Source: an uncultured Mollicutes bacterium (lineage in GTDB: Bacteria > Bacillota_I > Bacilli_A > RF39 > UBA660). From it: 64,000 nt of DNA. The stretch spans positions 14,350 through 78,349 of the forward strand of contig UQQI01000001.1 in the NCBI GenBank assembly GCA_900543055.1, written 5' to 3'. The notes under the pieces are model-generated. The model saw only the letters and a program-made list of their open reading frames with translations, was not told the origin of the DNA and made no database searches. Both the position numbers and the translations under genes were made by a program. Shown piece by piece: positions 37,330-48,978 of this stretch (within the stretch, counting starts at the first letter, position 1; every line of letters starts with the position of its first letter).

Positions 37330-38607
37330 ATGGAACGAAAAATCGAGAAATTTTTAAAGAAATGGAAAGATGATTCTATGAAAAAACCATTAATTTTATT
37401 TGGTTCAAAACAAATAGGAAAGACATTTTCTGTACTTGACTTTGGAAAAAAAGAATATAAAAATATGATTTATTTTAATACTGATAATAATAAAGAAATT
37501 ATAAATCTATTTACAAAGGAAAAATCAACAGAAAAATTAATTTTAAATCTTTCATTAATATCTGGAGAGACAATTTTAAAAGAAGATACATTAGTAATTT
37601 TAGATAATCTTACAAATAATGAAATTGCAAAAGGATTAAAAATCTTTGGAAGTGAACATAGCAAATATAATATAATTGCTATTACTTCAAGAAAAGAAAA
37701 AATAAATGAATTTAAAGCCGAAGAGTTACAATTTAAAAGTATGAATGAAATGGACTTTGAAGAATTTTTATGGGCACATGATGAAAAAAATCTTGCTAAT
37801 CTAATTAAAGAATCATTCAACAAAAGAAAGACTTGCGCTTTTCATAAAGTTGCATTAGATTTATTTCAAGAATATTTAGTATCAGGGGGACTTCCAGAAG
37901 TGGTAAAAGCATCTATTGCAGGAGCAACTGAGTATGAGTTAGACGCGATAAAGCAAAAAATAATAGATGTGTATAAAAAAGAAGTTGCTCTAAATAATAT
38001 ATTAATCGATATTCCAAGAGGAATAGAAGTAATAGATTCGTTACCAGAACAATTGAAAAAAGAAAACAAAAAATTTCAATATGGTGTAATTGGATCAGGA
38101 AAAAGAGCAAAAGAATATGAAAGTTCAATTAATTATTTAGTAAATAACCAACTGGTATATAGAAGCTATAAGGCTAAAGATATAAAGGGAGTATTAAGCA
38201 GTTGCAAAGACTTAGATAGTTTTAAATTATATGTAATAGATGAAGGATTACTTTATACCATGCTTCACTTAAATTATAAACAGTTTGCATCAAATGAGAA
38301 TATAAAAGAAATATTATATGAAAATCATATCGCAAAAACATTATCAGATAATGGCTTTGGGCTATATTACTATCAATCAGAGGGAAAAGCAGAAGTAAAT
38401 TTTGTTGTTCAAAATAGAATGGGACAAATAATACCAATAGAATTAACAACAAAATCAAATTCAAAAGCAAAGTCATTATCAGTTTTTATGAAAAAATTTA
38501 CAGTTAAAGAAGGATATAGAATTACAGAAAATAATTTTCAAACAAAGAAAGATATTAGATATATACCAGTTTATGCAACATTTTGCATAGATAATTTTAC
38601 AGTTTAG
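37330..38607 (+). CDS. AAA+ ATPase with a DUF4143 domain
   Basis: Walker A GSKQIGKT. The approximately 425-aa architecture is typical of the AAA_14/DUF4143 family. Confidence 0.6.
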   Translation: MERKIEKFLKKWKDDSMKKPLILFGSKQIGKTFSVLDFGKKEYKNMIYFNTDNNKEIINLFTKEKSTEKLILNLSLISGETILKEDTLVILDNLTNNEIAKGLKIFGSEHSKYNIIAITSRKEKINEFKAEELQFKSMNEMDFEEFLWAHDEKNLANLIKESFNKRKTCAFHKVALDLFQEYLVSGGLPEVVKASIAGATEYELDAIKQKIIDVYKKEVALNNILIDIPRGIEVIDSLPEQLKKENKKFQYGVIGSGKRAKEYESSINYLVNNQLVYRSYKAKDIKGVLSSCKDLDSFKLYVIDEGLLYTMLHLNYKQFASNENIKEILYENHIAKTLSDNGFGLYYYQSEGKAEVNFVVQNRMGQIIPIELTTKSNSKAKSLSVFMKKFTVKEGYRITENNFQTKKDIRYIPVYATFCIDNFTV

Positions 38608-38667
38608 GCGTTAAAATATAACGTTTTTTCTTTTATCTTTTTTCTAAAGTAGTATAATATAGGCGAG

Positions 38668-39888
38668 GTGAGAATAGTGGCAGAAAGAATAATTTTTCAT
38701 ATAGATGTAAATAACGCATTTCTTTCTTGGACTGCTGTTCAATTACTTGAGGAAGGATATAATATTGATATAAGAACAATTCCTGCTATTATTGCGGGTG
38801 ATGAAAGTAAAAGACACGGAATAGTACTAGCAAAAAGTCCAATTGCAAAAAAATATGGAATTGTAACTGCAGAAACTATTTATCAAGCTAAAATGAAATG
38901 TCCGAATTTAAAAATATTTAGTCCAAATCATGAAATATACCAAAGAAAATCAAAACAACTAATGAACTATTTAAAAACATTTACTCCAATTATGGAACAG
39001 TTCTCGATTGATGAATGTTTTCTAGATATGACAGGAACAAAGTATTTATATACCAATCACCTAGAATTAGCATACAAAATAAAAGATGAAATAAAAGAAA
39101 AATTTGGGTTTACTGTAAATGTTGGAATTGGAAATAACAAGTTATGTGCAAAAATGGCAAGTGACTTTGAAAAACCAGATAAAGTACACACACTATTAAA
39201 AAGTGAAATAAAAGAAAAATTATGGCCGTTACCAGTAAATGATTTATTTATGTGTGGAAAGAAAACATCCATCGAACTAAATAAAATGAATATATACACG
39301 ATTAAAGATTTAGCAGAATACGATTTTCAAAAATTAGAAAAAAAGTTTAAAAGTCAAGCAAAATATTTAAAACAAGCTGCTTGGGGAATTGATGAGTCAA
39401 AAGTAGAAGAAAGAAAAGACAAACGTCAAAGTATAAGTACAACAAGAACACTTCCGCATGATGAAGAAAATAGAGAAAAATTAAAAGAAGTGCTTTTTGT
39501 GCAAACTGAAGATGTATGCAGACAATTAAGAGAACAAAATTTATACGCATCAACAATAGCAATTATATATAAGGATAAATATTTTAAATCAACAACTGTT
39601 CAAGAACAACTAGAAAATGCAACAGATAATACCAAAGAGATTTTAAAGAAAATTAATAGTTTATTTGAAAAAAGTTATAATAACATTCCAGTTAGATTAA
39701 TAGGAGTTAGACTTGCAAATTTAACAAAATTTAAAAATACACAAGTATCTATATTTGATACAGAAATTGACAATAACTCTAAAGAAGAAAGCATCCAAAA
39801 GACTGTAGATAAAATAAATAAAAAATTTGGTTCAAGTTTAATTATGCCGGCTTCTATAAAAAAATTACAAAAAAATGAAGAAATATAA
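38668..39888 (+). CDS. dinB: Y-family DNA polymerase IV
   Basis: IIFHIDVNNAFLS (catalytic D-x-N-x-F), palm/fingers motifs and a little-finger domain. Start is GTG 38668 or 38677. Confidence 0.8.
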   Translation: MRIVAERIIFHIDVNNAFLSWTAVQLLEEGYNIDIRTIPAIIAGDESKRHGIVLAKSPIAKKYGIVTAETIYQAKMKCPNLKIFSPNHEIYQRKSKQLMNYLKTFTPIMEQFSIDECFLDMTGTKYLYTNHLELAYKIKDEIKEKFGFTVNVGIGNNKLCAKMASDFEKPDKVHTLLKSEIKEKLWPLPVNDLFMCGKKTSIELNKMNIYTIKDLAEYDFQKLEKKFKSQAKYLKQAAWGIDESKVEERKDKRQSISTTRTLPHDEENREKLKEVLFVQTEDVCRQLREQNLYASTIAIIYKDKYFKSTTVQEQLENATDNTKEILKKINSLFEKSYNNIPVRLIGVRLANLTKFKNTQVSIFDTEIDNNSKEESIQKTVDKINKKFGSSLIMPASIKKLQKNEEI

Positions 39889-39949
39889 TACAAATGTCGA
39901 AAAAAAAACAAAGAATTCTTTGAAAAATAAGAAAAAGGTTAAAAAAGAC

Positions 39950-39978
39950 TTGCAAAAATAGCACTCATCCGTTATAAT
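39950..39978 (+). promoter_or_regulatory. S10 operon promoter TTGCAA-N17-TATAAT
   Basis: -35 at 39950-39955, -10 at 39973-39978. Confidence 0.55.
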
Positions 39979-40100
39979 TTAATACGTGTGACTGCTTAGA
40001 TGTGCGAGGTTGCTGATACACCAGGTTAAGTTGATAATTGGTTATTGGGTTATTCGTACGGAGCAAGTCTATACTAGATATAGGCGAGAGGAGGATTTTA
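39979..40100 (+). promoter_or_regulatory. Structured 5' leader of the S10 operon (probable L4-autoregulation-type leader)
   Basis: About 120-nt GC-enriched leader (…GTGTGACTGCTTAGATGTGCGAGGTTGCTGATACACCAGG…) between the promoter and rpsJ. In other bacteria L4 regulates the S10 operon through such a leader. Confidence 0.35.
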
Positions 40101-40412
40101 ATGTCAACAGAAAAAATTCGTATAAGAATTAAAGCATATGATCACAGAATTCTTGATAATGCTGCTAAGAAAATTGTTGAAACAGTAAGAAGATCTGGTG
40201 GGGAAATCTCTGGTCCAGTACCACTTCCAACTGAAGTTGAAAAATTCACAATTTTAAGAGCTGTACACATAAACAAAGATTCTCGTGAACAATTCGAGAT
40301 GCGTACACACAAAAGACTTATTGATATCAAAAATCCAAGCAAGGAAACTATTGATGCATTAGCTCATTTAGATTTACCAAGCGGTGTAGATATCGAAATC
40401 AAAACTAAATAA
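40101..40412 (+). CDS. rpsJ: 30S ribosomal protein S10
   Basis: RBS GAGGAGGA. Start [15 protein letters not shown]. Confidence 0.95.
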   Translation: MSTEKIRIRIKAYDHRILDNAAKKIVETVRRSGGEISGPVPLPTEVEKFTILRAVHINKDSREQFEMRTHKRLIDIKNPSKETIDALAHLDLPSGVDIEIKTK

Positions 40413-40425
40413 TGGAGGAAAAGTA

Positions 40426-41145
40426 ATGAAAGGAATCTTAGGTAAGAAAATCGGAATGACTCAAGTATTTACTAAAGAAGGTAAATTAATTCCGGTAACT
40501 GTTATTGAAGTTGAACCAAATGTTGTAACTCAAATTAAAACAGTTGAAAAAGATGGATATGATGCAATTCAACTTGGTGCTCAAACAATTAGAGAAAAAT
40601 TAAGCAACAAGCCAGAATTAGGTCATGTAAAGAAAGCTAACACAACACCTAAGCGCTTCTTAAGAGAAATTAGAGGAGTTAATGTTAATGATTACACATT
40701 AGGTCAAACTATTGGTGTAGACATTTTCGAAGCAGGGGAAATTGTTGATGTTACTGGAACAAGTAAAGGTAAAGGTTTCCAAGGTGTTATTAAACGCCAT
40801 AACCAATCAAGAGGTCCTATGGGACATGGTTCTCAATACCACAGAGGTGTTGGTTCTCTAGGTACAATGTTACCAATGCACGTACTTAAAGGAAAGAAAA
40901 TGCCTGGTCAAATGGGTAATGTTCAAAGAACAGTTCAAAATCTTGAAGTTGTATCAATTGATACAGAAAATAGCGTAATTTTAGTTAAGGGTAATGTTCC
41001 TGGTCCAAAAAAATCATTAGTAATGATTCGTACTGCAGTTAAAAAACCAACTGTAAAAAAAGAAGCTGCTAATTTAGTAAATTATGCTGAAAAAGCTGCT
41101 GAAGTTGCAGAAGAAACAACAACTGAAGAAACAACAGAAGAATAA
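40426..41145 (+). CDS. rplC: 50S ribosomal protein L3, with an acidic C-terminal extension
   Basis: [15 protein letters not shown]. About 30 extra C-terminal residues (…[15 protein letters not shown]). Confidence 0.9.
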   Translation: MKGILGKKIGMTQVFTKEGKLIPVTVIEVEPNVVTQIKTVEKDGYDAIQLGAQTIREKLSNKPELGHVKKANTTPKRFLREIRGVNVNDYTLGQTIGVDIFEAGEIVDVTGTSKGKGFQGVIKRHNQSRGPMGHGSQYHRGVGSLGTMLPMHVLKGKKMPGQMGNVQRTVQNLEVVSIDTENSVILVKGNVPGPKKSLVMIRTAVKKPTVKKEAANLVNYAEKAAEVAEETTTEETTEE

Positions 41146-41208
41146 AATCATCACAGTTATATAATAAGGAAAGAAAATTTTATAAAGTGATGAAAGGAGG
41201 AATCGTAG

Positions 41209-41835
41209 ATGAAAAAAGTAGAACTTTTAAATCTTAAAGGTGAAAAAGTAAAGGACATTAATTTAAATGAAGAAATATTTGGAATTACGCCAAACAAAAA
41301 CGTTTTAACAGATGCAATTATTTTATCAATGGCATCATTAAGACAAGGAACACATAAAACTAAAAATCGCTCAGAAGTTTCTGGTGGAGGAAGAAAGCCA
41401 TGGAGACAAAAAGGAACTGGACATGCACGTCAAGGTTCAATTAGAGCTGTACAATGGGTAGGTGGAGGAAATTACGGAACTCCAGTACCAAGAGATTATA
41501 GTAAAAAACAAAACCGTAAAGAAAGACAAATAGCTATTAAATCAGCTTTAGCTGAAAAAGTTGCAAATAACGAATTATTAGTTTTAGAAAATTTAAATAT
41601 TGCAACTCCAAAAACTAAAGATATGATTAATGTATTAGAAACATTAAAAATAGCTGATAAAAAAGTATTATTAGTTGTAAAAGAATTTGATGAAAATTTA
41701 ATTCTTGCATCAAGAAATTTAAAAAATTTAGTATTAATTTTAGCAGATGAAATTAATGTATTAGATATCGTAGGTACTGATGTGATGGTAGTTACAGAAG
41801 ATGCCTTAAAATTTATCGAGGAGGTGCTTAAATAA
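41209..41835 (+). CDS. rplD: 50S ribosomal protein L4
   Basis: Conserved L4 sequence. Confidence 0.9.
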   Translation: MKKVELLNLKGEKVKDINLNEEIFGITPNKNVLTDAIILSMASLRQGTHKTKNRSEVSGGGRKPWRQKGTGHARQGSIRAVQWVGGGNYGTPVPRDYSKKQNRKERQIAIKSALAEKVANNELLVLENLNIATPKTKDMINVLETLKIADKKVLLVVKEFDENLILASRNLKNLVLILADEINVLDIVGTDVMVVTEDALKFIEEVLK

Positions 41836-42119
41836 TGAAAGATACTAAATATTTAGAAATAATTAAAGCACCAGTTGTTACTGAAAAATCAGAAGCAGCA
41901 AAAAGCGAAGGAAAATATACTTTTAAAGTTGATCCAAAAGCAAATAAGATTGAAATAAAAGAAGCAATTGAAAAAATCTTTAATGTTAAAGTTACTTCAA
42001 TTAGAACAATCAATGTAAAACCAAAGAAAAGAAGAGTTGGTCGTTATACTGGATTAACTAATCGTTCAAAAAAAGCAATTGTTACACTTGCAGAAGGACA
42101 AACAATTGATCTTGGTTAG
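41835..42119 (+). CDS. rplW: 50S ribosomal protein L23
   Basis: Conserved sequence and operon order. Confidence 0.9.
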   Translation: MKDTKYLEIIKAPVVTEKSEAAKSEGKYTFKVDPKANKIEIKEAIEKIFNVKVTSIRTINVKPKKRRVGRYTGLTNRSKKAIVTLAEGQTIDLG

Positions 42120-42135
42120 AAGGAGGAAATAAATT

Positions 42136-42966
42136 ATGGCAATCAGAAATTATAAACCTACTACACCAGGACGTAGAAAGATGAGTGCATTAGTAAATGA
42201 AGTATTAACTACTAGCACTCCAGAAAAATCACTTTTAGTTACTATAAAGAAAAACAGTGGTCGTAATAATCAAGGTAAGATAACAGTTCGTCATCAAGGT
42301 GGCGGCGTTAAAAGAAAATATCGTATCATTGATTTTAAAAGAAATAAATTAAACGTACCTGGAACAGTAGCAAGTATTGAATATGATCCAAACAGAACTG
42401 CAAATATTGCATTAATCAATTATGCAGATGGAGAAAAAAGATACATCATTGCTCCTAAAGGATTAGAAGTTGGAGCAACAATTGAATCTGGAGAAAATGC
42501 AGATATTAAAGTTGGTAATGCATTACCAATTATGAGTATTCCAGTAGGTACAATGATTCATAATATTGAATTACGTCCTGGAAAAGGTGGAGAATTAGCA
42601 AGAAGTGCTGGTGCTTCAGCTCAAATCCTTGGTCGTGAAGGAAATTATGTTATGATTCGTTTATCAAGTGGAGAACAAAGAAAAGTGTTAGGAACTTGCT
42701 ATGCAACAGTTGGTGTAGTTGGAAATGAAGATGCATCACTTGTTAAAATAGGAAAAGCTGGTCGTAAACGTCATATGGGTATCAGACCAACAGTTCGTGG
42801 TTCAGTTATGAATCCAAATGACCATCCACATGGTGGTGGTGAAGGACGTGCTCCAATCGGACGTAAGGCACCAATGACACCTTGGGGTAAACCTGCACTT
42901 GGATTAAAGACACGTAAGAAAAAACAATCTGACAAGTTCATAGTACGTCGTCGCAATAGTAAATAG
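42136..42966 (+). CDS. rplB: 50S ribosomal protein L2
   Basis: [14 protein letters not shown]. Confidence 0.95.
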   Translation: MAIRNYKPTTPGRRKMSALVNEVLTTSTPEKSLLVTIKKNSGRNNQGKITVRHQGGGVKRKYRIIDFKRNKLNVPGTVASIEYDPNRTANIALINYADGEKRYIIAPKGLEVGATIESGENADIKVGNALPIMSIPVGTMIHNIELRPGKGGELARSAGASAQILGREGNYVMIRLSSGEQRKVLGTCYATVGVVGNEDASLVKIGKAGRKRHMGIRPTVRGSVMNPNDHPHGGGEGRAPIGRKAPMTPWGKPALGLKTRKKKQSDKFIVRRRNSK

Positions 42967-42983
42967 GAAAGGATGATTAAAAA

Positions 42984-43250
42984 ATGGCAAGAAGTTTAAA
43001 AAAAGGGCCTTACGTATTCGAAAGATTATTAAAAAAGGTTCAAGAATTAAATAAGTCTGGAAAAAAAGAAGTCATTAAAACATGGTCACGCCGTTCCACT
43101 ATTTTTCCTGATTTTATTGGACACACATTTGCAGTACATAATGGAAAAGAATTTATTCCAGTTTATGTAACTGAAGATATGGTTGGACATAAGTTAGGTG
43201 AATTTGCATTAACACGTAAATTTGGTGGACATGGTTCAGACAAAAAATAG
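42984..43250 (+). CDS. rpsS: 30S ribosomal protein S19
   Basis: [11 protein letters not shown]. Confidence 0.95.
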   Translation: MARSLKKGPYVFERLLKKVQELNKSGKKEVIKTWSRRSTIFPDFIGHTFAVHNGKEFIPVYVTEDMVGHKLGEFALTRKFGGHGSDKK

Positions 43251-43275
43251 AAATAATGACTAGGAGGTTAGAAAT

Positions 43276-43611
43276 ATGGAAGCAAAAGCAATTGCTAAAG
43301 GTCTTCGAGTATCACCTATCAGAGCAAGATTAGTTGCTGATATGATTCGTGGTAAAAGTGTACAAGAAGCATTAAACATTTTAATTAATGTTAATAATAA
43401 ATCAGCAAGATTAACTAAAAAAGTTTTAGATTCTGCTATCGCAAACGCTGTTAATAATAATGGTGCAGATGCTGCTACACTTTATGTTAAAGAAGCAAGA
43501 GTAGATGCTGGTCCTGTTATGAAACGTCACTTTTTTGATTCACGTTCACACATAGGACATAGAAATCACAGAACTAGTCACATTAATATAGTAGTGGCTA
43601 CAAAAAACTAA
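43276..43611 (+). CDS. rplV: 50S ribosomal protein L22
   Basis: Conserved sequence and operon order. Confidence 0.9.
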   Translation: MEAKAIAKGLRVSPIRARLVADMIRGKSVQEALNILINVNNKSARLTKKVLDSAIANAVNNNGADAATLYVKEARVDAGPVMKRHFFDSRSHIGHRNHRTSHINIVVATKN

Positions 43612-43626
43612 TAAGGAGGTAACAAA

Positions 43627-44277
43627 ATGGGACAAAAGGTAAATCCTAATGGACTTAGACTTGGTATCAATAAAGACTGGGAAGCTAAATGGTATAGTAA
43701 TAATAAAGACTTCTCTAAGTATTTAGATAAGGATATTAAAATCCGTGAATATTTAGAAAAGAATTTAACTAATGCTGGAATTGCCAAAGTTGAAATTGAA
43801 AGAAATACTAAGAAAACAGAAGTTGTTATCCATACTTCAAAGCCAGGTGTTATGATTGGACACGGTGGAGAAGAAATTGAAAAATTAAAGAAACAACTTT
43901 CAAAGGTTGCAGGTGAGAATGTACAAATCTCAATCGCTGACATTAAAAAAGTAGATTTAAACGCTCAATTAGTTGCAGATAATATTGCAAACCAAATTAC
44001 TAATAGAGCATCATTCCGTATGGCTCAAAAAAGAGCAATTAGAAATGCTATGAAAGCTGGAGCCAAAGGAATAAAAACAAGTGTATCTGGACGTTTAGGT
44101 GGAGCAGATATGGCTCGTAGTGAAGGATATACAGAAGGAACTATTCCTCTACATACATTAAGAGCAGATGTTGATTACGCTACAAGTGAAGCTGATACAA
44201 CATTCGGAAAAATAGGTGTAAAGGTATGGATATATAAAGGAGAAATCCTAAATAAAAAGGCTAAGGGAGGTAATTAA
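43627..44277 (+). CDS. rpsC: 30S ribosomal protein S3
   Basis: [13 protein letters not shown]. Confidence 0.95.
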   Translation: MGQKVNPNGLRLGINKDWEAKWYSNNKDFSKYLDKDIKIREYLEKNLTNAGIAKVEIERNTKKTEVVIHTSKPGVMIGHGGEEIEKLKKQLSKVAGENVQISIADIKKVDLNAQLVADNIANQITNRASFRMAQKRAIRNAMKAGAKGIKTSVSGRLGGADMARSEGYTEGTIPLHTLRADVDYATSEADTTFGKIGVKVWIYKGEILNKKAKGGN

Positions 44278-44278
44278 T

Positions 44279-44710
44279 ATGTTAATACCGTCAAGAACAA
44301 AATATCGTCGTGTTCATAGATTACCTTACGAAGGAAGATCACGTGGAAATAGAGAATTACATTTCGGTGAATATGGACTTCAAGCAAAAGAAGGTGCTTG
44401 GATTACAGCAAACCAAATAGAAGCTGCTCGTGTAGCTATGACTCGTTACATGAAACGTGGTGGAAAAGTTTGGATAAATATCTTCCCACATATGCCATTA
44501 ACTAAAAAGCCTATCGGTACAAGACAAGGTAAAGGTAAAGGTAATGTTGAAGGATGGGTTGCAGTAGTTAAGGAAGGAAAAATAATGTTCGAAATAGCAG
44601 GTGTTGATGAAGCAACTGCACGTGAGGCATTAAGACTTGCTTCTCATAAACTACCAGTAGCAACAAAATTTGTAAAAAAAGAAAATGGTGGTGAATCAAA
44701 TGAAGGTTAA
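44279..44710 (+). CDS. rplP: 50S ribosomal protein L16
   Basis: [14 protein letters not shown]. Confidence 0.95.
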   Translation: MLIPSRTKYRRVHRLPYEGRSRGNRELHFGEYGLQAKEGAWITANQIEAARVAMTRYMKRGGKVWINIFPHMPLTKKPIGTRQGKGKGNVEGWVAVVKEGKIMFEIAGVDEATAREALRLASHKLPVATKFVKKENGGESNEG

Positions 44711-44894
44711 AGAGATTAGAGAATTATCAACTGAAGAAATCAACAAAAAATTAGTTGAAGCAAAAGAAGAACTATTCAATTTACGTTTTCAACAAGCAAC
44801 AGGTAATTTAGAAAAACCTTCTAGAATTAGAGATTTAAGACACACCGTTGCAAGAATGAAAACCGTTCTAAAAGAACGTGAGATTAACGAATAG
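44700..44894 (+). CDS. rpmC: 50S ribosomal protein L29
   Basis: Start at [10 protein letters not shown]. Overlaps the end of rplP. Confidence 0.85.
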   Translation: MKVKEIRELSTEEINKKLVEAKEELFNLRFQQATGNLEKPSRIRDLRHTVARMKTVLKEREINE

Positions 44895-44905
44895 GAGGAT
44901 ATAAA

Positions 44906-45166
44906 GTGGAAAAGAAAGTAAGAAAAGAATTAGTTGGAAAAGTAGTAAGCGCAACTAATGATAAAACAATTAGTGTTTTAGTTGAAACTTATAAAAACCA
45001 TCCGTTATATCACAAAAGAGTTAAAAGCTCAAAGAAATATTGTGTACATGATGAAAAAAATATAGCAAAAGTTGGAGATACTGTTCGTATAGTAGAAACT
45101 AGACCATTATCAAAAACTAAACATTTCTATTTAAAAGAAATAGTAAAAGAAGCAGTTATTATTTAA
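44906..45166 (+). CDS. rpsQ: 30S ribosomal protein S17
   Basis: Conserved sequence and operon order. Confidence 0.9.
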   Translation: MEKKVRKELVGKVVSATNDKTISVLVETYKNHPLYHKRVKSSKKYCVHDEKNIAKVGDTVRIVETRPLSKTKHFYLKEIVKEAVII

Positions 45167-45193
45167 CGCTTAGATGAGAAGGAGGAATAATCT

Positions 45194-45562
45194 ATGTTAC
45201 AACAAGAAAGCCGTATGAAGGTTGCTGACAACTCTGGTGCACGTGAATTATTAGTAATCCGTGTATTAGGTGGAAGTAAAGTAAAAACAGGTAACATTGG
45301 TGATGTAGTAGTTGGAACAGTTAAAAGCGCAATCCCTAACTCACCAATTCCAAAAGGAAAAGTTGTAAAAGCAGTTATCGTTCGTAGTCGTCAAGGCGTT
45401 CGTCGTGAAGATGGAAGTTACATTAAGTTCGATGACAATGCTTGTGTTATCATTCGTGATGACAAGAGTCCAGTAGGAACTCGTATCTTTGGACCAGTAG
45501 CAAGAGAACTTCGTGATAAAGATTACATGAAAATTGTTTCTTTAGCAAAAGAAGTACTATAA
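45194..45562 (+). CDS. rplN: 50S ribosomal protein L14
   Basis: [16 protein letters not shown]. Confidence 0.95.
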   Translation: MLQQESRMKVADNSGARELLVIRVLGGSKVKTGNIGDVVVGTVKSAIPNSPIPKGKVVKAVIVRSRQGVRREDGSYIKFDDNACVIIRDDKSPVGTRIFGPVARELRDKDYMKIVSLAKEVL

Positions 45563-45575
45563 GAGGAGGATAAAT

Positions 45576-45887
45576 ATGAACTTTAAAGTAGGAGATGAAG
45601 TTGTAGTTATCACTGGTTCTGATAAAGGTAAAACAGGAAAAATCGTTAAAACATTAAGAAACGAAAATAAAGTTATCGTTGAAGGTGTACATATGGTTAA
45701 GAAACATCAAAAACCAACTGGTACTGAAACAGGTGGAATTATTGAAGTTGCTGCACCAATCAATGCATCAAATGTTATGATAGTTGATCCTAAAACTAAA
45801 AAAAGAACTAGAATTGGACATACAACTGATGAAAAAACAGGTAAAAAAATAAGAATAGCAAAAAAATCAAACGAAAAAATTGATTAA
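45576..45887 (+). CDS. rplX: 50S ribosomal protein L24
   Basis: Conserved sequence and operon order. Confidence 0.9.
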   Translation: MNFKVGDEVVVITGSDKGKTGKIVKTLRNENKVIVEGVHMVKKHQKPTGTETGGIIEVAAPINASNVMIVDPKTKKRTRIGHTTDEKTGKKIRIAKKSNEKID

Positions 45888-45904
45888 TTGGAAGGAGGGT
45901 AATT

Positions 45905-46444
45905 ATGAACCGCCTAAAAGAGAAATACTTAAATGAAGTAGTTCCAAGTTTAAAAGAAAAATATAATTATAAGTCAATAATGGAAGTTCCAAAATTAGAA
46001 AAAGTTGTTATTAATATGGGTGTTGGTGATGCAACTACAAATTCTAAATTATTAGAAGCAGCAGTTCATGATTTAACATTAATTTCTGGACAAAAACCAG
46101 TAGTAACAAAAGCAAAAAAATCAATCGCTGGATTTAAAGTAAGAGAAGGTCAAGCTATTGGTTGCAAAGTAACACTAAGAGGAGATAATATGTATAACTT
46201 TATTGATAAGTTAATCACTATCTCATTACCAGGTGTTAGAGATTTCCGTGGAGTTAGTCCAAAAGCTTTCGATGGTAGAGGAAACTATACAATGGGAATT
46301 AAAGAACAATTAATTTTTCAAGAAATTAATTACGATGATGTAGTAAAAGTACGTGGAATGGATATCGTTTTCGTAACTACAGCACGCACAAATGAAGAAT
46401 CATTCGACTTATTAAATGGACTTGGAATTCCTTTTAAAAAGTAA
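45905..46444 (+). CDS. rplE: 50S ribosomal protein L5
   Basis: Conserved sequence and operon order. Confidence 0.9.
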   Translation: MNRLKEKYLNEVVPSLKEKYNYKSIMEVPKLEKVVINMGVGDATTNSKLLEAAVHDLTLISGQKPVVTKAKKSIAGFKVREGQAIGCKVTLRGDNMYNFIDKLITISLPGVRDFRGVSPKAFDGRGNYTMGIKEQLIFQEINYDDVVKVRGMDIVFVTTARTNEESFDLLNGLGIPFKK

Positions 46445-46460
46445 AAATGGGAGGAATATT

Positions 46461-46646
46461 ATGGCAAAGAAAAGTATGATAGTAAAGGCTAATAGACCAC
46501 AAAAATATAAAGTACGTGAATATACAAGATGTTCTCGTTGTGGTCGCCCACACGCAGTTATGAGTAAATTCGGAATCTGCCGTATTTGCTTCCGTGAATT
46601 AGCTTATAAAGGACAAATACCAGGAATTAAAAAATCAAGTTGGTAA
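46461..46646 (+). CDS. rpsZ: 30S ribosomal protein S14 type Z (zinc-binding, 61 aa)
   Basis: [12 protein letters not shown]… with CSRCGRP…CRIC. Confidence 0.9.
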   Translation: MAKKSMIVKANRPQKYKVREYTRCSRCGRPHAVMSKFGICRICFRELAYKGQIPGIKKSSW

Positions 46647-46666
46647 TTGGAAAGGAGGAAATTATA

Positions 46667-47068
46667 ATGGCAGTAGTAACTGATACAATTGCAGATATGC
46701 TAACAAGAATTCGTAACGCTAACCAAATGCGTTATGAAGAAGTAAAAGTTCCAGCTTCTAATATTAAAAAAGAAATCGCAAAGATTTTAAAAGAAGAAGG
46801 ATTTATAAAAGATTATAAGATTGACAGTGATAATACTCAAGGTACTATTATCTTAACTCTTAAATATACTGATAAGAAAGAAAGAGTTATCACTGGTTTA
46901 AAGAGAATTTCCAAACCAGGACTTCGTGTATATGCAAAAAATGATGAAATTCCAAAAGTTTTAAATGGCTTAGGAATCGCAATCATTTCAACATCTAAAG
47001 GAATTATGACAGATAAAGAAGCTCGTAAACAAAATATAGGTGGAGAAGTTCTAGCTTATATTTGGTAA
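46667..47068 (+). CDS. rpsH: 30S ribosomal protein S8
   Basis: [18 protein letters not shown]. Confidence 0.9.
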   Translation: MAVVTDTIADMLTRIRNANQMRYEEVKVPASNIKKEIAKILKEEGFIKDYKIDSDNTQGTIILTLKYTDKKERVITGLKRISKPGLRVYAKNDEIPKVLNGLGIAIISTSKGIMTDKEARKQNIGGEVLAYIW

Positions 47069-47097
47069 TATAATAATAAATATAAGGAGGTGTCGTT

Positions 47098-47628
47098 ATG
47101 AGCCGTATTGGAAATCGTATTATTACAATTCCAGAAGGAGTTACTGTTGAAAATGTTGATAACGTTGTAACTGTTAAAGGACCAAAAGGAACATTAACAC
47201 AACAAATGTTAAAAGACATTACAATGAAGGTTGAAGGAAACCAATTAACTTTTGAACGTCTTAACGAAAGTGCTAAAGCAATGCATGGAACAATGAATGC
47301 CTTAGTAAAAAATATGATTGTTGGTGTAACTGAAGGTTATGCTAAAGGGTTAGAAATCGTTGGTGTTGGTTATCGTTTCAATGTACAAGGTAAAAAATTA
47401 GTAATCAACGCTGGATATTCACATCCAGTAGAAATGGAAGTACCTGAAGGACTTACAGTTGAATCAGTAAGTAACACAGAAATAACTGTAAAAGGTATTG
47501 ATAAGATGTTAGTTGGAGAATTTGCAGCTAATATTAGAAAAGTAAGACAACCTGAACCATATAAGGGAAAAGGTATCAGATATAAAGATGAACATATTCG
47601 TCGTAAAGAAGGAAAGAAAGCTGCTTAA
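47098..47628 (+). CDS. rplF: 50S ribosomal protein L6
   Basis: Conserved sequence and operon order. Confidence 0.9.
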   Translation: MSRIGNRIITIPEGVTVENVDNVVTVKGPKGTLTQQMLKDITMKVEGNQLTFERLNESAKAMHGTMNALVKNMIVGVTEGYAKGLEIVGVGYRFNVQGKKLVINAGYSHPVEMEVPEGLTVESVSNTEITVKGIDKMLVGEFAANIRKVRQPEPYKGKGIRYKDEHIRRKEGKKAA

Positions 47629-47652
47629 TAAGTAGGAAGGGAGAAAAGTTAT

Positions 47653-48015
47653 ATGATTAAAAAAGAATCTCGTAATAAAATGCGTGAATCTCGTCACGAA
47701 AGAGTTCGTAAGACATTAATGGGAACAAGCGCTATACCAAGATTATGTGTATTCCGTTCAAACACTGGAATTTACGCACAAATCATAGATGATGAAACTA
47801 GAACTACTCTTGTATCAGCTTCCTCATTAGATAAAGATTTAAAAATTGAAAATGGAAGTAATGTAGAAGCAGCTAAAGTTGTAGGTAAGGCAATCGCTGA
47901 AAAAGCTACAAAAGCTAAAATTACAAAAGTAGTATTTGATAGAGGTGGATACCTTTATCATGGACGTGTTAAAGCTTTAGCAGAAGCTGCACGTGAAAAC
48001 GGATTAGAATTCTAA
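47653..48015 (+). CDS. rplR: 50S ribosomal protein L18
   Basis: Conserved sequence and operon order. Confidence 0.9.
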   Translation: MIKKESRNKMRESRHERVRKTLMGTSAIPRLCVFRSNTGIYAQIIDDETRTTLVSASSLDKDLKIENGSNVEAAKVVGKAIAEKATKAKITKVVFDRGGYLYHGRVKALAEAARENGLEF

Positions 48016-48027
48016 TAGGAGGGTAAT

Positions 48028-48534
48028 ATGCAAAAAAGAAATGACTCTAAAGAAAAACAATTCGAAGAATTAGTAATTGATGTTAAAAGCGTTGTTAAAG
48101 TTAACAAAGGTGGACGTCAAAGAAGATATTCTGCAACAGTTGTTATTGGAGATCGTAAAGGTAAAGTTGGATTAGGTATTGGAAAAGCAAATGAAGTACC
48201 TGATGCAATAAAAAAAGCATTACAAGATGCAAACAAGAATATTATCACTATTCCTCTAATCGATGGAAGAACAGTTGCTCATGAAGCAATTGGTAGAGCT
48301 GGAGCTGCTAGAGTTATCATCAAACCTGCTGCTGCAGGTACTGGTGTTATCGCCGGTGGATCAGTTCGTGCAATCCTTGATTTAGCAGGAGTTCGTGATG
48401 TTGTTTCTAAATCACTAGGAGCAAGAACTAAATTAAATATGGCAAGAGCTGCAATGAATGCGTTAAAGTCAATGAAGACTGCAGAAGAAGTTGCTGCACT
48501 TCGCGGAAAAACAGTAGAGGAGATATTAGGATAA
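48028..48534 (+). CDS. rpsE: 30S ribosomal protein S5
   Basis: Conserved sequence. Directly abuts rplO with no rpmD in between. Confidence 0.9.
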   Translation: MQKRNDSKEKQFEELVIDVKSVVKVNKGGRQRRYSATVVIGDRKGKVGLGIGKANEVPDAIKKALQDANKNIITIPLIDGRTVAHEAIGRAGAARVIIKPAAAGTGVIAGGSVRAILDLAGVRDVVSKSLGARTKLNMARAAMNALKSMKTAEEVAALRGKTVEEILG

Positions 48535-48977
48535 TGAAGTTACATGAATTAGAAAAAAATATCGGTGCTACTCATGCAAAGAAACGTGTAGGACGTGGAT
48601 CAGGTAGTGGTCTTGGTAAAACAAGTGGTCGCGGACAAAAAGGACAAAAAGCACGTAGTGGTGGTAGTATCAACCCAGTATTTGAAGGTGGACAATTACC
48701 ATTATATAGAAGAATCCCTAAGAGAGGATTTAAGAACGCTAAGTTTAGAACTGTTTATGCAACAATTAACGTAGAAGACTTAAACGTTTTTGAAGATGGA
48801 ACAGTAGTTACACCAGCATTATTAAAAGATACTGGTTTATTAAAAAAACAATTAGATGGAGTTAAAGTACTAGGTAATGGAAAATTAGAAAAGAAAATTA
48901 CTATTCAAGCTTCTAAATTTTCAGCTAGTGCATTAGAAAAGATTAAAGAGGCAGGAAGTAAAGCTGAGGTGATCTAA
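48534..48977 (+). CDS. rplO: 50S ribosomal protein L15
   Basis: [15 protein letters not shown] motif. Confidence 0.9.
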   Translation: MKLHELEKNIGATHAKKRVGRGSGSGLGKTSGRGQKGQKARSGGSINPVFEGGQLPLYRRIPKRGFKNAKFRTVYATINVEDLNVFEDGTVVTPALLKDTGLLKKQLDGVKVLGNGKLEKKITIQASKFSASALEKIKEAGSKAEVI

Positions 48978-48978
48978 T

